Below are positions 9,676 to 18,648 of a DNA stretch of 35,473 nt, one piece after another; position 1 is the first letter of the stretch, and every line of letters starts with the position of its first letter. The stretch is from assembly GCA_051748045.1 (NCBI GenBank), contig JBNJGY010000018.1, positions 1 to 35,473 of the forward strand. Direction: 5' to 3'. Under the pieces are notes generated by a model. That model ran no database searches. It saw nothing but the letters and a program-made list of their open reading frames with translations, and had not been told where the DNA came from. The position numbers and the translations under genes were made by a program. Source of the DNA: Thermotogota bacterium (lineage in GTDB: Bacteria; Thermotogota; Thermotogae; Petrotogales; Petrotogaceae).

Positions 9676-11163
9676 GTGAAATACTCCAAGATCAAAACAG
9701 GATCTATCTCTGGGTATCACGTAAAAGAAGTTATCGTTGAAATGGACATAAATTCAAGGTCATCATACCAAACTTTTAAAATTGTTGGACTGCCTACTAC
9801 TTCTATCTTAGAAAGCGAAAAAAGAGTTATGAGTTCAACAAGAAATTCAGGGTTCAGTATGCCACATGGTTCCATAGTAGCAAACCTTTCCCCAAGCTCT
9901 TTAAAAAAAGAGGGAACACACTTTGATCTCCCCATAGCTGTTGCTTTATTAGAAGCTGCTTCACAAATTCAAAAACTAGATGAAAATTATTATTATTTTG
10001 GTGAACTGGGATTAAATGGTGAAATCAGACCTGTTAGAGGAATCACTTTATTTTTAATGAGTATAAAAAAGATAAATCCAAAAGCTAAATTTATAATACC
10101 AAGAGAAAATCAGGAAGAAACACTTTTTATTGAAAAATCAGATGTTTTGGTTATTGACCACATAAAGGATTTAATAAAAATATCTGAAGGACAGTTAGAA
10201 AATTATGTGCCAATAAATCAAAAACAAATAGAAAAAAAATTTGATATAGATTTCGCAGAAATAAAAGGACAACTGATGACAAAAAGAGCTGTAGAAATTG
10301 CAGCAAGTGGTTTTCATAATATAATTATGAATGGTTCACCAGGATCTGGGAAAACAATGATTGCAAGAAGAATACCAACAATATTACCTGAAATGACAGA
10401 AGAAGAAATAGTTGAATCTACCAAACTCTATTCTGTTTCTGGTTATATAAATAAAATTGTAACAAAAAGACCCTTTCGTTCACCACATCACACCGCCTCA
10501 AGCGTATCAATAATTGGTGGTGGAAGCGATCCAAAACCGGGAGAAATATCTCTTTCTCACAACGGAGTTCTTTTTATGGATGAGTTTCCTGAATACAAAT
10601 CTGATGTAATAGAAGCATTGAGACAACCTATGGAAGATGGAGAGGTAACAATTACTAGAGCAAAAGCAATGGCTCAATACCCTGCTAAATTCATGTTAGT
10701 CGCTTCAAAAAACCCTTGTCCTTGCGGTTATTATGGGGACAAAGAAAAAGAATGTGTCTGTTCTATGAATCAAATAAATAATTATAATAAAAAAATTTCT
10801 GGCCCTATTCTTGATAGATTCGATATAAGAATTAATGTACCAAGAGTTAAAATTGATGAATTGATGTCAAGAGATGACGCAGAAAGTTCCGAATCTATTA
10901 GAAAAAGAGTTACAAAATCTGCTGATATACAAATAAAAAGACAAGGTAAATTAAATGGAAAACTGAATAATAGAGAACTAAAAAAACATTTGAATCTTGA
11001 AGATTCAACAGAAGATTTCATAAAAAAAGCTTCTAACAATTTAAAACTTACTGCAAGATCAGTAAATAGAGTTTTGAAAGTTTCTAGAACTATTGCAGAT
11101 TTAAATGGTTCAGATAAAGTTGCTATAAATCATATAACAGAAGCTTTGAACTATCGAGGATAA
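9676..11163 (+). CDS. comM: ComM/YifB Mg-chelatase-like AAA+ ATPase
   Basis: IVGLP, HFDLPIA, GSPGSGKT, PFRSPHH, FMDEFPE, NPCPCG, ILDRFD. Confidence 0.93.
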   Translation: MKYSKIKTGSISGYHVKEVIVEMDINSRSSYQTFKIVGLPTTSILESEKRVMSSTRNSGFSMPHGSIVANLSPSSLKKEGTHFDLPIAVALLEAASQIQKLDENYYYFGELGLNGEIRPVRGITLFLMSIKKINPKAKFIIPRENQEETLFIEKSDVLVIDHIKDLIKISEGQLENYVPINQKQIEKKFDIDFAEIKGQLMTKRAVEIAASGFHNIIMNGSPGSGKTMIARRIPTILPEMTEEEIVESTKLYSVSGYINKIVTKRPFRSPHHTASSVSIIGGGSDPKPGEISLSHNGVLFMDEFPEYKSDVIEALRQPMEDGEVTITRAKAMAQYPAKFMLVASKNPCPCGYYGDKEKECVCSMNQINNYNKKISGPILDRFDIRINVPRVKIDELMSRDDAESSESIRKRVTKSADIQIKRQGKLNGKLNNRELKKHLNLEDSTEDFIKKASNNLKLTARSVNRVLKVSRTIADLNGSDKVAINHITEALNYRG

Positions 11164-11224
11164 AAAAATACAAATATATTAAATATAATAAAGTTAATTA
11201 TAATTTTATGGGAGGTTTTTTAAC

Positions 11225-12109
11225 ATGAAAAATTTGGATGATTTAATCAAAAAAGCAAAAGAAACTGGTATGAAAAGAGTTGTAGTTATAGGTGCGGAAG
11301 ACCCAGAAGCATTAGAAGCTGTTTCAGCTGCACATGATGAAGGTTTTGCAGATCCAGTTTTAGTTGGAGACAAAAAAATTATCGAAGAAAACCTTCAAAA
11401 AATTGATAAAGATTTTGACATAATTGACGCTGAAAATTCAAAAGATGCTGCAGAAAAAGGTATTAGATTAGTTAGCTCTGGTGCAGCTGATGTTGTTATG
11501 AAAGGAAATATTAAAACATCAATTCTATTAAAAGCTGCTTTGAATAAGGATTGGGGTTTAAGAACAGGAAACGTTCTTTCTCATTGTGCTGTTTTAGATA
11601 CCCCATATTTAGATAAATTAATTTTTGTAACAGACGGCGGAATGATTATAAGACCAGATCTAAACCAAAAAGTTTCAATAATAAACAATACTGTAAAACT
11701 TGCAAAATCAATCGGAATAGAAACCCCAAAAGTCGGAGTTATTGCAGCTGTTGAAGTTGTTAACCCTGATATGCCAGAAACAAAAGATGCTGCTATATTG
11801 ACACAGATGAACAGAAGAGGGCAAATAAAAGATTGTATTGTTGATGGTCCTCTTGGAATTGACAATGCCCTTGATTTAACAGCTGCAAAAATTAAAAAAG
11901 TCACTGGAGAAGTAGCGGGTCAAGCAGATATTCTGCTAGTTCCCGATATCCATTCTGGTAATTTCCTTGGTAAATCAGCGGTTTACCTTGCAGGGGGTAA
12001 AATAGCTGGCCTTATCCTTGGATGCACAGCACCAATTGTTGTTGTTTCTAGGGCAAATGACGCTAAATCAAAAATGGCTTCACTCGCTCTTGGAGTACTA
12101 AATGCATAA
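11225..12109 (+). CDS. ptb: Phosphate butyryltransferase/acetyltransferase
   Basis: VMKGNIKT, VTDGGM, AAVEVVNP, DGPLGIDNA, PIVVVSRA. Confidence 0.9.
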   Translation: MKNLDDLIKKAKETGMKRVVVIGAEDPEALEAVSAAHDEGFADPVLVGDKKIIEENLQKIDKDFDIIDAENSKDAAEKGIRLVSSGAADVVMKGNIKTSILLKAALNKDWGLRTGNVLSHCAVLDTPYLDKLIFVTDGGMIIRPDLNQKVSIINNTVKLAKSIGIETPKVGVIAAVEVVNPDMPETKDAAILTQMNRRGQIKDCIVDGPLGIDNALDLTAAKIKKVTGEVAGQADILLVPDIHSGNFLGKSAVYLAGGKIAGLILGCTAPIVVVSRANDAKSKMASLALGVLNA

Positions 12110-13355
12110 TAAAGAACCTTTATTTTTATACATCTTTTTAACAAGTATATTATTAATCATAATAACAAAGATAAATTTGGCCGCAGGAGTAATTACTGCG
12201 GTCATTATTTTTACTATTTTTTTATTTTTATTTAAAAAGAAAACTTTTTATCTTTTGTTAGCAATAATACCCTTATTAACAATTAATTATTCTTCTTTTG
12301 AAGGAGATGTAGCAGTTTTAGGAAAAATAATAGATAAAAAATACAGTAATTATAAAGTTCTTTCTGAAAAGATATATTTCAACAACAAATGGGAGAATCA
12401 CAAAGAAATATACAGCTTTAATTATAATAAATTTAGCGTTGAAGAAATTAAAAACGGAAATAATGTTTATATTACAGGTTTTTTGAATAATAATTACTTG
12501 AATGCTGATTACGTAGCTATGTCAGATAATAATTCTTTTCTAGAAATAAAAGACGAAGCTGTTCTAAGATTTAAGAACATAGAAAATTATACTATTAGAG
12601 ATGTCATGATGAGCTCTATAATGGGAGGTCTTTCGAATAAAGATTTGTTTAAAAAAACTGGTACATTACACCTGTTTGCGGTTTCAGGGTTTCACGTTTT
12701 CATTATTTTTGGTATCCTGAAATATCTTTTATTCCCTTTTAATTATAAAGTCAAAAACATTATAATATCTTTAATTATGATTTCATATCTTTCTTTAACC
12801 GGATTTAGCCCTAGTTCTACTAGAGCTGTAAGTTTAATTGTACTAATTATAATTTTTAAAAGTATAGGAATAAATGCTTACTCCATAAACATACTTGGAT
12901 TAATAGGCTTTATAAATATAATCATATTGCCATCTTCAATATTTAATGTTGGTTTTCAAATGAGTTATTCAGCAGCTTTTATGATTTTATTAACTAACGA
13001 TATGGTAAAAAAAGAAAAGTTAAAAACTTTATTGATCCCTATTTCATCTTTTATAGGGATCATGCCTTTTTCTATAATATATTTTAAACAACTTGCACCT
13101 GTTGGTATTTTGATAACCCCTTTATTATCTATAACCATGGGAATAATTATTTTTTTAAGCCTAAGTTATCTATTATTTCACTCTAAATTTATTCTTTTTT
13201 TATCTACTATCATTATTACAGGCACTATTCAACTGACTGAACTTTTTTCTAAATTACCTATGTTGGAAAATTTAACTTTGCTAAGCCTTATTCTTTGGTC
13301 TTTAATTTTTTTATTGTACATTTATATTTTGCAAAAAAATGATAAGTTAATTTAA
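12102..13355 (+). CDS. comEC: ComEC/Rec2 competence membrane protein (no MBL domain)
   Basis: TGTLHLFAVSGFHV, GFSPSSTRA, VGFQMSY motifs. Confidence 0.88.
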   Translation: MHNKEPLFLYIFLTSILLIIITKINLAAGVITAVIIFTIFLFLFKKKTFYLLLAIIPLLTINYSSFEGDVAVLGKIIDKKYSNYKVLSEKIYFNNKWENHKEIYSFNYNKFSVEEIKNGNNVYITGFLNNNYLNADYVAMSDNNSFLEIKDEAVLRFKNIENYTIRDVMMSSIMGGLSNKDLFKKTGTLHLFAVSGFHVFIIFGILKYLLFPFNYKVKNIIISLIMISYLSLTGFSPSSTRAVSLIVLIIIFKSIGINAYSINILGLIGFINIIILPSSIFNVGFQMSYSAAFMILLTNDMVKKEKLKTLLIPISSFIGIMPFSIIYFKQLAPVGILITPLLSITMGIIIFLSLSYLLFHSKFILFLSTIIITGTIQLTELFSKLPMLENLTLLSLILWSLIFLLYIYILQKNDKLI

Positions 13356-13440
13356 TCTTATTATATATATAAATATTTCAATGGTTTTATTGTTCATTTA
13401 ATAAATAATTAATAAATATATTATATAATTGTTTTGTATA

Positions 13441-13461
13441 GTTTTGAAATCGTTTCAAAAC
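13441..13461 (+). promoter_or_regulatory. Palindromic operator (LacI/cre-like) downstream of TATAAT
   Basis: GTTTTGAAA-TCG-TTTCAAAAC; TATAAT at 13423-13428. Confidence 0.65.
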
Positions 13462-13488
13462 ACAAAATATGAAAGGAGATGTTTTATA

Positions 13489-13932
13489 ATGAAAAAAGTT
13501 TTAGTCATAGCTGTTCTGGTTATAGGTTTAATGACTTTTTCAATGAATTATTCTTCAGGGAAAATTGGTCTTGGCTTAACAGGCGGTGAACCATCTGGTA
13601 TATACGGAAGATATAATCTAGAGAATTATAAATTTATAGATGTTACTGCAGCTTGGTCTTTTTCTTCTGATTCTATTTCCTTAGCTACAGATTATAATTT
13701 AATTAGAAACCTAGATGGTGACATTTATTACAGATATGGATTAGGTGCAAAAATTGGATTAGCAAACACAATATCTGTTACTGCAAGAGCTCCTTTAGGT
13801 ATAGAGTATGATTTAACAAACCTAACAGAAATTCCAATCAACTTATTTTTAGAAATAGCTCCAGGATTAGATATTTTGCCTAGTATAAATTTTGATCTAT
13901 CAGGCGGTGCTGGATTTGTTTATTTCTTTTAA
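13489..13932 (+). CDS. Small outer-membrane beta-barrel protein (DUF3996-like), paralog 1
   Basis: Signal peptide; GLGLTGGEPSG, RAPLGIEY, FLEIAPGL, C-terminal YFF; AAGGAG RBS. Confidence 0.75.
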   Translation: MKKVLVIAVLVIGLMTFSMNYSSGKIGLGLTGGEPSGIYGRYNLENYKFIDVTAAWSFSSDSISLATDYNLIRNLDGDIYYRYGLGAKIGLANTISVTARAPLGIEYDLTNLTEIPINLFLEIAPGLDILPSINFDLSGGAGFVYFF

Positions 13933-13953
13933 CAAAAACAAATAAAAATATAC

Positions 13954-13987
13954 AATACCCGAGATATTAATTCTCGGGTATTTTTAT
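13954..13987 (+). terminator. Intrinsic terminator
   Basis: AATACCCGAGA-TATTAAT-TCTCGGGTATT followed by T run. Confidence 0.88.
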
Positions 13988-14089
13988 ATATTGAATATTT
14001 TTATTTGTTTAATATTAAATTAATATTAATATATTATAATTATTAAGAACCGTTTTTAATTTTGACACATACAAAAAGGGGGGAGTCAA

Positions 14090-14536
14090 ATGAAAAAGAT
14101 TTTTATTATTGTTATTCTTGTTGTTGGCTTATTGACCTTTTCTATGAATTATTCTGCTGGCGAGAAAGGAGCTGGAGTAATTGGTGGAGAACCTTCTGGG
14201 GTTTATGGAAGGTACAACATAGGTGATTTTCAATTTCTCGATGCAACTGTAGCATGGTCTTATTCGTACAGTTCAATAGCTGTTACTGCAAATTATAACC
14301 TAGCAAAACATTTAGATGGAGATTTTTATTATCGCTATGGTATTGGAGCAACAGTAGGACTTGGTAACACGATTAGTGTAGCTGCAAGAATACCCGTTGG
14401 AATTGAATTTGATTTAGAAAATATACTCGAACTACCTTTAATCATTTTTGCGGATATTGCACCTGGCCTTGAGATCATTCCTAATATGGCTCAATTACAC
14501 ATCTATGGTGGAGCAGGCTTCGTTTACTTTTTTTAA
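14090..14536 (+). CDS. Small outer-membrane beta-barrel protein (DUF3996-like), paralog 2
   Basis: Colinear with paralog 1 (TFSMNYS, GGEPSG.YGRYN, YYRYG, GGAGFVYFF). Confidence 0.75.
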   Translation: MKKIFIIVILVVGLLTFSMNYSAGEKGAGVIGGEPSGVYGRYNIGDFQFLDATVAWSYSYSSIAVTANYNLAKHLDGDFYYRYGIGATVGLGNTISVAARIPVGIEFDLENILELPLIIFADIAPGLEIIPNMAQLHIYGGAGFVYFF

Positions 14537-14549
14537 GATTATTTAAATT

Positions 14550-14580
14550 ACCCGAGATCAAAAATCTCGGGTTTTATTTT
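14550..14580 (+). terminator. Intrinsic terminator
   Basis: ACCCGAGAT-CAAAA-ATCTCGGGT followed by T run. Confidence 0.85.
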
Positions 14581-14687
14581 ACCAATTTATAGATTTAATA
14601 AAATAATGTTATTTATCGTAAATATTTATTGATTTTATGTTAAAATATAATTGTATCCATTTATATTTAAATCGGGGGATGAATTGA

Positions 14688-15905
14688 ATGTTTTACAAAA
14701 AAATAGATGATGATTTTTCTTTAATTTTAAACAAAATAGAAAATAACAAGATAAGATCTTATTTAAAACAAGGGATCAAAAAAAATTGGTTTATTTTTTA
14801 TAATAACAACATGAATCATGAAACTATTAACAATATATCTTTTATTCAATCATTTCTAAAAAATCAAGAAATGATCTTACCTGTTTTTGAAAAAAAGATA
14901 AAAGAAATGAATTTGAAAAATTATGATGAAGAAATTTCTGCAAAAGATTTTTTCTATCTTTCGCTTTTTTTAAGCATATTATTATTATTTTCTGGCCAAT
15001 TCTATAAAAATTTGTATTTTAATGGAGAATTTGAGAATAATGAAAAAATTCTTTTTGTAGATAATTTTTTGAATATTAAAAAACACATTTTAGGTATTTC
15101 TACCATTAATTTTTTGAGAACAGGAAGAATTTTTGATCCTTTAATGGAAAATAGAAACAATGAATGGTTAATTAAATTCTGGGAATTATTTTCTTCTCAA
15201 GAAAAATATAAAACTTATAAAATGAATATTTTAGATTATTTATTTAGAGATTTTTTCTTTTGTTGTGAATCAAAGTCTGTATCAATATTTAAAGAAAATT
15301 CATTATCAAATAAAACAATAGAATATGATTATAAAAAGATAATTAATCTGGTTCATAAAATAATTAATTTTAATTTATTTTTATGTAGATATGATGAACT
15401 AAATAACGAAAGTATAATTTCGCTACAAAAGAGTTTTAGATACAATTTAATGACATATATATATAAATATCTTAAAAATTATGAAAACTCTATTTTCTAT
15501 GGCTCTTTAAACGAAGCTTATAAATCTTTGCAGTTTTTTGATAAATATGACTTATATGAAAAAATTTATTTATTCAATGATTTAAAAAAACTATCAGACA
15601 AATTATTGAATTATAATTTATCACACATTAAAGACATGTATGAAAGTAAAAATCATAGAATCCTTTATGATCAAAAAGTTGAACTTTTAGATTCTATAGG
15701 ATATTATGCTTCAAAAATGTTTGAAACACATCAAAAAAGTATTTTAACTTCATACTCTATAACTAGTGTTGAATTTAAAGAAAATATATTATATGTTTCA
15801 ACACACTTTACTTTTTCAAGAAAAAATGAACAAATATATGAGAAGATGATAGAAGATTCTATTATAAAACTTAAAAATTTTGGAATCATACTAAACCAGA
15901 GCTAA
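14688..15905 (+). CDS. Hypothetical protein, possibly degenerate HD-domain phosphohydrolase
   Basis: 405-codon ORF in very AT-rich DNA; GGGGG RBS; LDYLFRD motif. Confidence 0.6.
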   Translation: MFYKKIDDDFSLILNKIENNKIRSYLKQGIKKNWFIFYNNNMNHETINNISFIQSFLKNQEMILPVFEKKIKEMNLKNYDEEISAKDFFYLSLFLSILLLFSGQFYKNLYFNGEFENNEKILFVDNFLNIKKHILGISTINFLRTGRIFDPLMENRNNEWLIKFWELFSSQEKYKTYKMNILDYLFRDFFFCCESKSVSIFKENSLSNKTIEYDYKKIINLVHKIINFNLFLCRYDELNNESIISLQKSFRYNLMTYIYKYLKNYENSIFYGSLNEAYKSLQFFDKYDLYEKIYLFNDLKKLSDKLLNYNLSHIKDMYESKNHRILYDQKVELLDSIGYYASKMFETHQKSILTSYSITSVEFKENILYVSTHFTFSRKNEQIYEKMIEDSIIKLKNFGIILNQS

Positions 15906-15922
15906 TTATTAGTTCTGGTTTT
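15893..15922 (+). terminator. Probable intrinsic terminator overlapping stop codon
   Basis: AAACCAGAGCTAA-TTA-TTAGTTCTGGTTT. Confidence 0.7.
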
Positions 15923-16077
15923 AATTTATCGTTAAATAATATGTAATAGCTATTCCACTATTATTATTTGAGAAGAATATAACTTATTAACCATTTTGTT
16001 ATTTTTTGTTTATTTTTATTTAATAATCTATGTATAGAATAATAACTGTATAACGATTTGGTTAACTTGTTGTCAGG

Positions 16078-16234
16078 TTGTGAAATTTGTTATTTGAAAA
16101 TTTAGTTACTTTGTGAATTTTGTGATTAAATCATTAATTTTTTTATATTTATATTTTACGTTTACCAAGTCATTATATATTTGAAAATTATAATTCATAT
16201 TTTATATTGTGAAATAATTCTTATAAAATCACAA
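16078..16234 (+). promoter_or_regulatory. Cluster of TTGTGAW half-sites (Rex-like) upstream of tusA
   Basis: TTGTGAA at 16078, 16111, 16207; TTGTGAT at 16120; ATCACAA at 16228. Confidence 0.5.
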
Positions 16235-16255
16235 AACCTTATGGAGGTGTTTTTC

Positions 16256-16495
16256 ATGGCTAAATATGAAGTTACAAAAACATTGGATGTTATGGGAGAA
16301 GTTTGTCCAGTACCAGACGTTGACACAAAAAGAGCTCTTAAAAAAATGAACTCTGGAGAAATCTTGGAAGTATTGATTGACTACCCTATGTCTAAAGAAA
16401 GAATACCTGAAACAGTAGAAAAAATGGGACACGAAGTTTTAGAAGTAGAAGAAGTAGGAAACTCAGAATGGAAAATATACATCAAGGTTAAATAA
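16256..16495 (+). CDS. tusA: TusA/YeeD-family sulfurtransferase
   Basis: LDVMGEVCPVP motif; GGAGGTG RBS before ATG 16256. Confidence 0.92.
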   Translation: MAKYEVTKTLDVMGEVCPVPDVDTKRALKKMNSGEILEVLIDYPMSKERIPETVEKMGHEVLEVEEVGNSEWKIYIKVK

Positions 16496-16524
16496 AATAA
16501 TCTAAAATTACGGGGGTAATTGTT

Positions 16525-17517
16525 ATGGCTTGGACAGGATTATTAATGGGATTGATTTTTGGTGTTTTATTACAAAGAGGAAGAGTTTGTTTTAACTCTG
16601 CTTTCAGAGACATCAAATTAATGAAAGATAACTATTTGTTCAAAATTGCTGTTTTTTCTGTAGCTTTGTCTACAATTTTATTTCACTTATCTGCTCAATT
16701 TGGATGGATAAGAATGAATCCAGCTGCATTTAACTGGGTTTCAACCATACTAGGTGCTTTCATATTCGGTATGGGTATGGTTCTAGCTGGAGGTTGTGCT
16801 TCTGGAGTTACTTATAGAATTGGGGAAGGTATGACAACAGCTTGGATGGCTGCGATATCATACGGTTTAACTGCTTTTGCAACTAAAAAAGGTGCTTTAA
16901 ATTGGGTAATAAGTGGTTTAAAACCTTTAGATGTAACTGTGCAAAACGAAAGTGCTATGTATGCAGATACAACAGGCGTTAATATAGCTTCTATATTAGG
17001 AGTAAATCCTTGGATTCCAGCTATAATATTCACTGCTTTATTATTATGGTATGTTTTTGGAACAAAAACAACGCAAAGAAAATCAACTATGAATTGGAAA
17101 ACTTTGGCTATTCTTTTGGCTATAGTATCAACAGTTGCTTATATTCTTTCTTATGCAGCGGGTAGAAACTACGGATTCGGAATAACAGGACCATGGGTAG
17201 CACTATGGGATAGCTTCTTAACAGGCGCTCCTTTAAATTGGGGTTCATTCTCAATCATTGGTATAGTAGTTGGTGCGACAATAGCTGCAATAGTAAAGAA
17301 AGAATTCAAATTAAGAATGCCTAAAAAACCTTCAACATATGCAATGGTTCTTTTAGGTGGAGCTATGATGGGATTTGGAGCTTCAATAGACTATGGTTGT
17401 AATATTGGACATTTCTTTGTTGGATTACCAATGCTTGGTATTTCATCACTAGTAGCTTCTTTATTCTTTATTTTAGGTAACTGGGCAATGACATGGTTCT
17501 TATATGAAAGAGACTGA
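16525..17517 (+). CDS. YeeE/YedE-family sulfur-compound (thiosulfate) transporter
   Basis: Three conserved Cys motifs GRVCFN, AGGCASG, GCNIGH; polytopic. Confidence 0.92.
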   Translation: MAWTGLLMGLIFGVLLQRGRVCFNSAFRDIKLMKDNYLFKIAVFSVALSTILFHLSAQFGWIRMNPAAFNWVSTILGAFIFGMGMVLAGGCASGVTYRIGEGMTTAWMAAISYGLTAFATKKGALNWVISGLKPLDVTVQNESAMYADTTGVNIASILGVNPWIPAIIFTALLLWYVFGTKTTQRKSTMNWKTLAILLAIVSTVAYILSYAAGRNYGFGITGPWVALWDSFLTGAPLNWGSFSIIGIVVGATIAAIVKKEFKLRMPKKPSTYAMVLLGGAMMGFGASIDYGCNIGHFFVGLPMLGISSLVASLFFILGNWAMTWFLYERD

Positions 17518-17534
17518 TCGGGAGGTTTTTCCTT

Positions 17535-17891
17535 ATGAAAATAACTATTCAAGTAATGGCTCAACCATATACTTATCAGGATCTTGATTCTGCGATTAAA
17601 ATTGCAGATGCTGCCTTAGAAAAAGGGCATGAAGTTGGAATTTTCTTATTCTGTGATTCAGTTTTAGCTATTAATAAATTGGTTAAACCTGTAAGAAACG
17701 ATAGAAATATTCCTCAAATACTTGAAACAATGATCGCTGAAAAAGGTTTGAAGGTTGACATATGTGGTATTTGTATGGACTACAGAGGTGTAAACAAAGA
17801 TATGATTATTGAAGGTGCAAGACCAAGTGGACTACCTGAACTCGCAGAATTAATATATGAGTCAGATAGATTCATTAGCTTTATGGCGTGA
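17535..17891 (+). CDS. DsrE/TusD-like sulfur relay protein
   Basis: GHEVGIFLFCDSV, ICGICMDYRG, GLPELAELI. Confidence 0.88.
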   Translation: MKITIQVMAQPYTYQDLDSAIKIADAALEKGHEVGIFLFCDSVLAINKLVKPVRNDRNIPQILETMIAEKGLKVDICGICMDYRGVNKDMIIEGARPSGLPELAELIYESDRFISFMA

Positions 17892-17901
17892 GGTGAATTT
17901 T

Positions 17902-18258
17902 ATGGATAAAAAAGTTCTATTCGTTGTTTACCAGGCACCTGTAGGAGCTATTTGGACTAATGAAGTCTACAGAACTGCTTTTGGTATGTACGGAGAAGAT
18001 ATAGAACCTGCTGTACTTGTTATGGATGAAGCTTCAATTGGTTTATCTGAAAATACAAAACCTGAATCATTGAAACTTCTACCAATAAAAATTGTTCAGA
18101 GGTTCATAAAAAAATATGAAACAGAAGTTTTTGGTGTTCAAGAACATTTAGAAAAATTTAATGTGAAAAACATAGATGAAAAGTTTGGAATGAAAACTCT
18201 GAAAGAAGAGGATCTTTCTGATTTCTTTCATTCATATGATCTAGTAATTTATATGTGA
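17902..18258 (+). CDS. DsrF/TusC-like protein
   Basis: VLFVVYQAPVG..EVYRTA; lies between DsrE and DsrH; GAGGTGA RBS. Confidence 0.8.
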   Translation: MDKKVLFVVYQAPVGAIWTNEVYRTAFGMYGEDIEPAVLVMDEASIGLSENTKPESLKLLPIKIVQRFIKKYETEVFGVQEHLEKFNVKNIDEKFGMKTLKEEDLSDFFHSYDLVIYM

Positions 18259-18268
18259 GGTGTTGTGT

Positions 18269-18538
18269 ATGGCACTCGTATTAGTAAAATATGGTTTGGG
18301 TAACTCAGCTGAAAAGATAAAACTACAAACAGCAAAAGATTCAGACAGTATAGTTTTAATTCAAGATGGAGTTTTCTGGGCTTTAAATGATGAGTTAAAA
18401 GATTTTCAAGGTAATATAAATGTTGTTAAAGAAGATTACTTAGCAAGAGGTTATTCAGAAAAAGATTGCAAACACACTCTATTAGATTATTCAGAATTAA
18501 TTGATTTAATAGAAAAAGAAGAAAAATTTATTGGATAA
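18269..18538 (+). CDS. DsrH/TusB-like protein
   Basis: VLIQDGVFWA, EDYLARG, DYSELIDLI. Confidence 0.88.
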   Translation: MALVLVKYGLGNSAEKIKLQTAKDSDSIVLIQDGVFWALNDELKDFQGNINVVKEDYLARGYSEKDCKHTLLDYSELIDLIEKEEKFIG

Positions 18539-18545
18539 TAAATTT

Positions 18546-18574
18546 GGGGAAGAGCTCAGCTCTTTCCCTTTTTC
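18546..18574 (+). terminator. Intrinsic terminator ending tusA-yeeE-dsrEFH
   Basis: GGGGAAGAGC-TCA-GCTCTTTCCC followed by T run. Confidence 0.85.
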
Positions 18575-18596
18575 CATAGTAAAATTCAATAGTTTT

Positions 18597-18624
18597 TGTT
18601 ATAATAAGAGTGTTATTGTTATAA
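18597..18624 (+). promoter_or_regulatory. Extended -10 promoter with overlapping imperfect inverted repeat
   Basis: TGTTATAAT 18597-18605; TTATAATAA-N8-TTGTTATAA. Confidence 0.55.
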
Positions 18625-18648
18625 ACTAAAAAACCGGAGGAAAAAATA

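Noticed and set aside
17535-18538. Dissimilatory Dsr pathway or TusBCD tRNA thiolation
   Set aside because: No dsrAB, dsrC/tusE or mnmA in the window; cannot be excluded genome-wide
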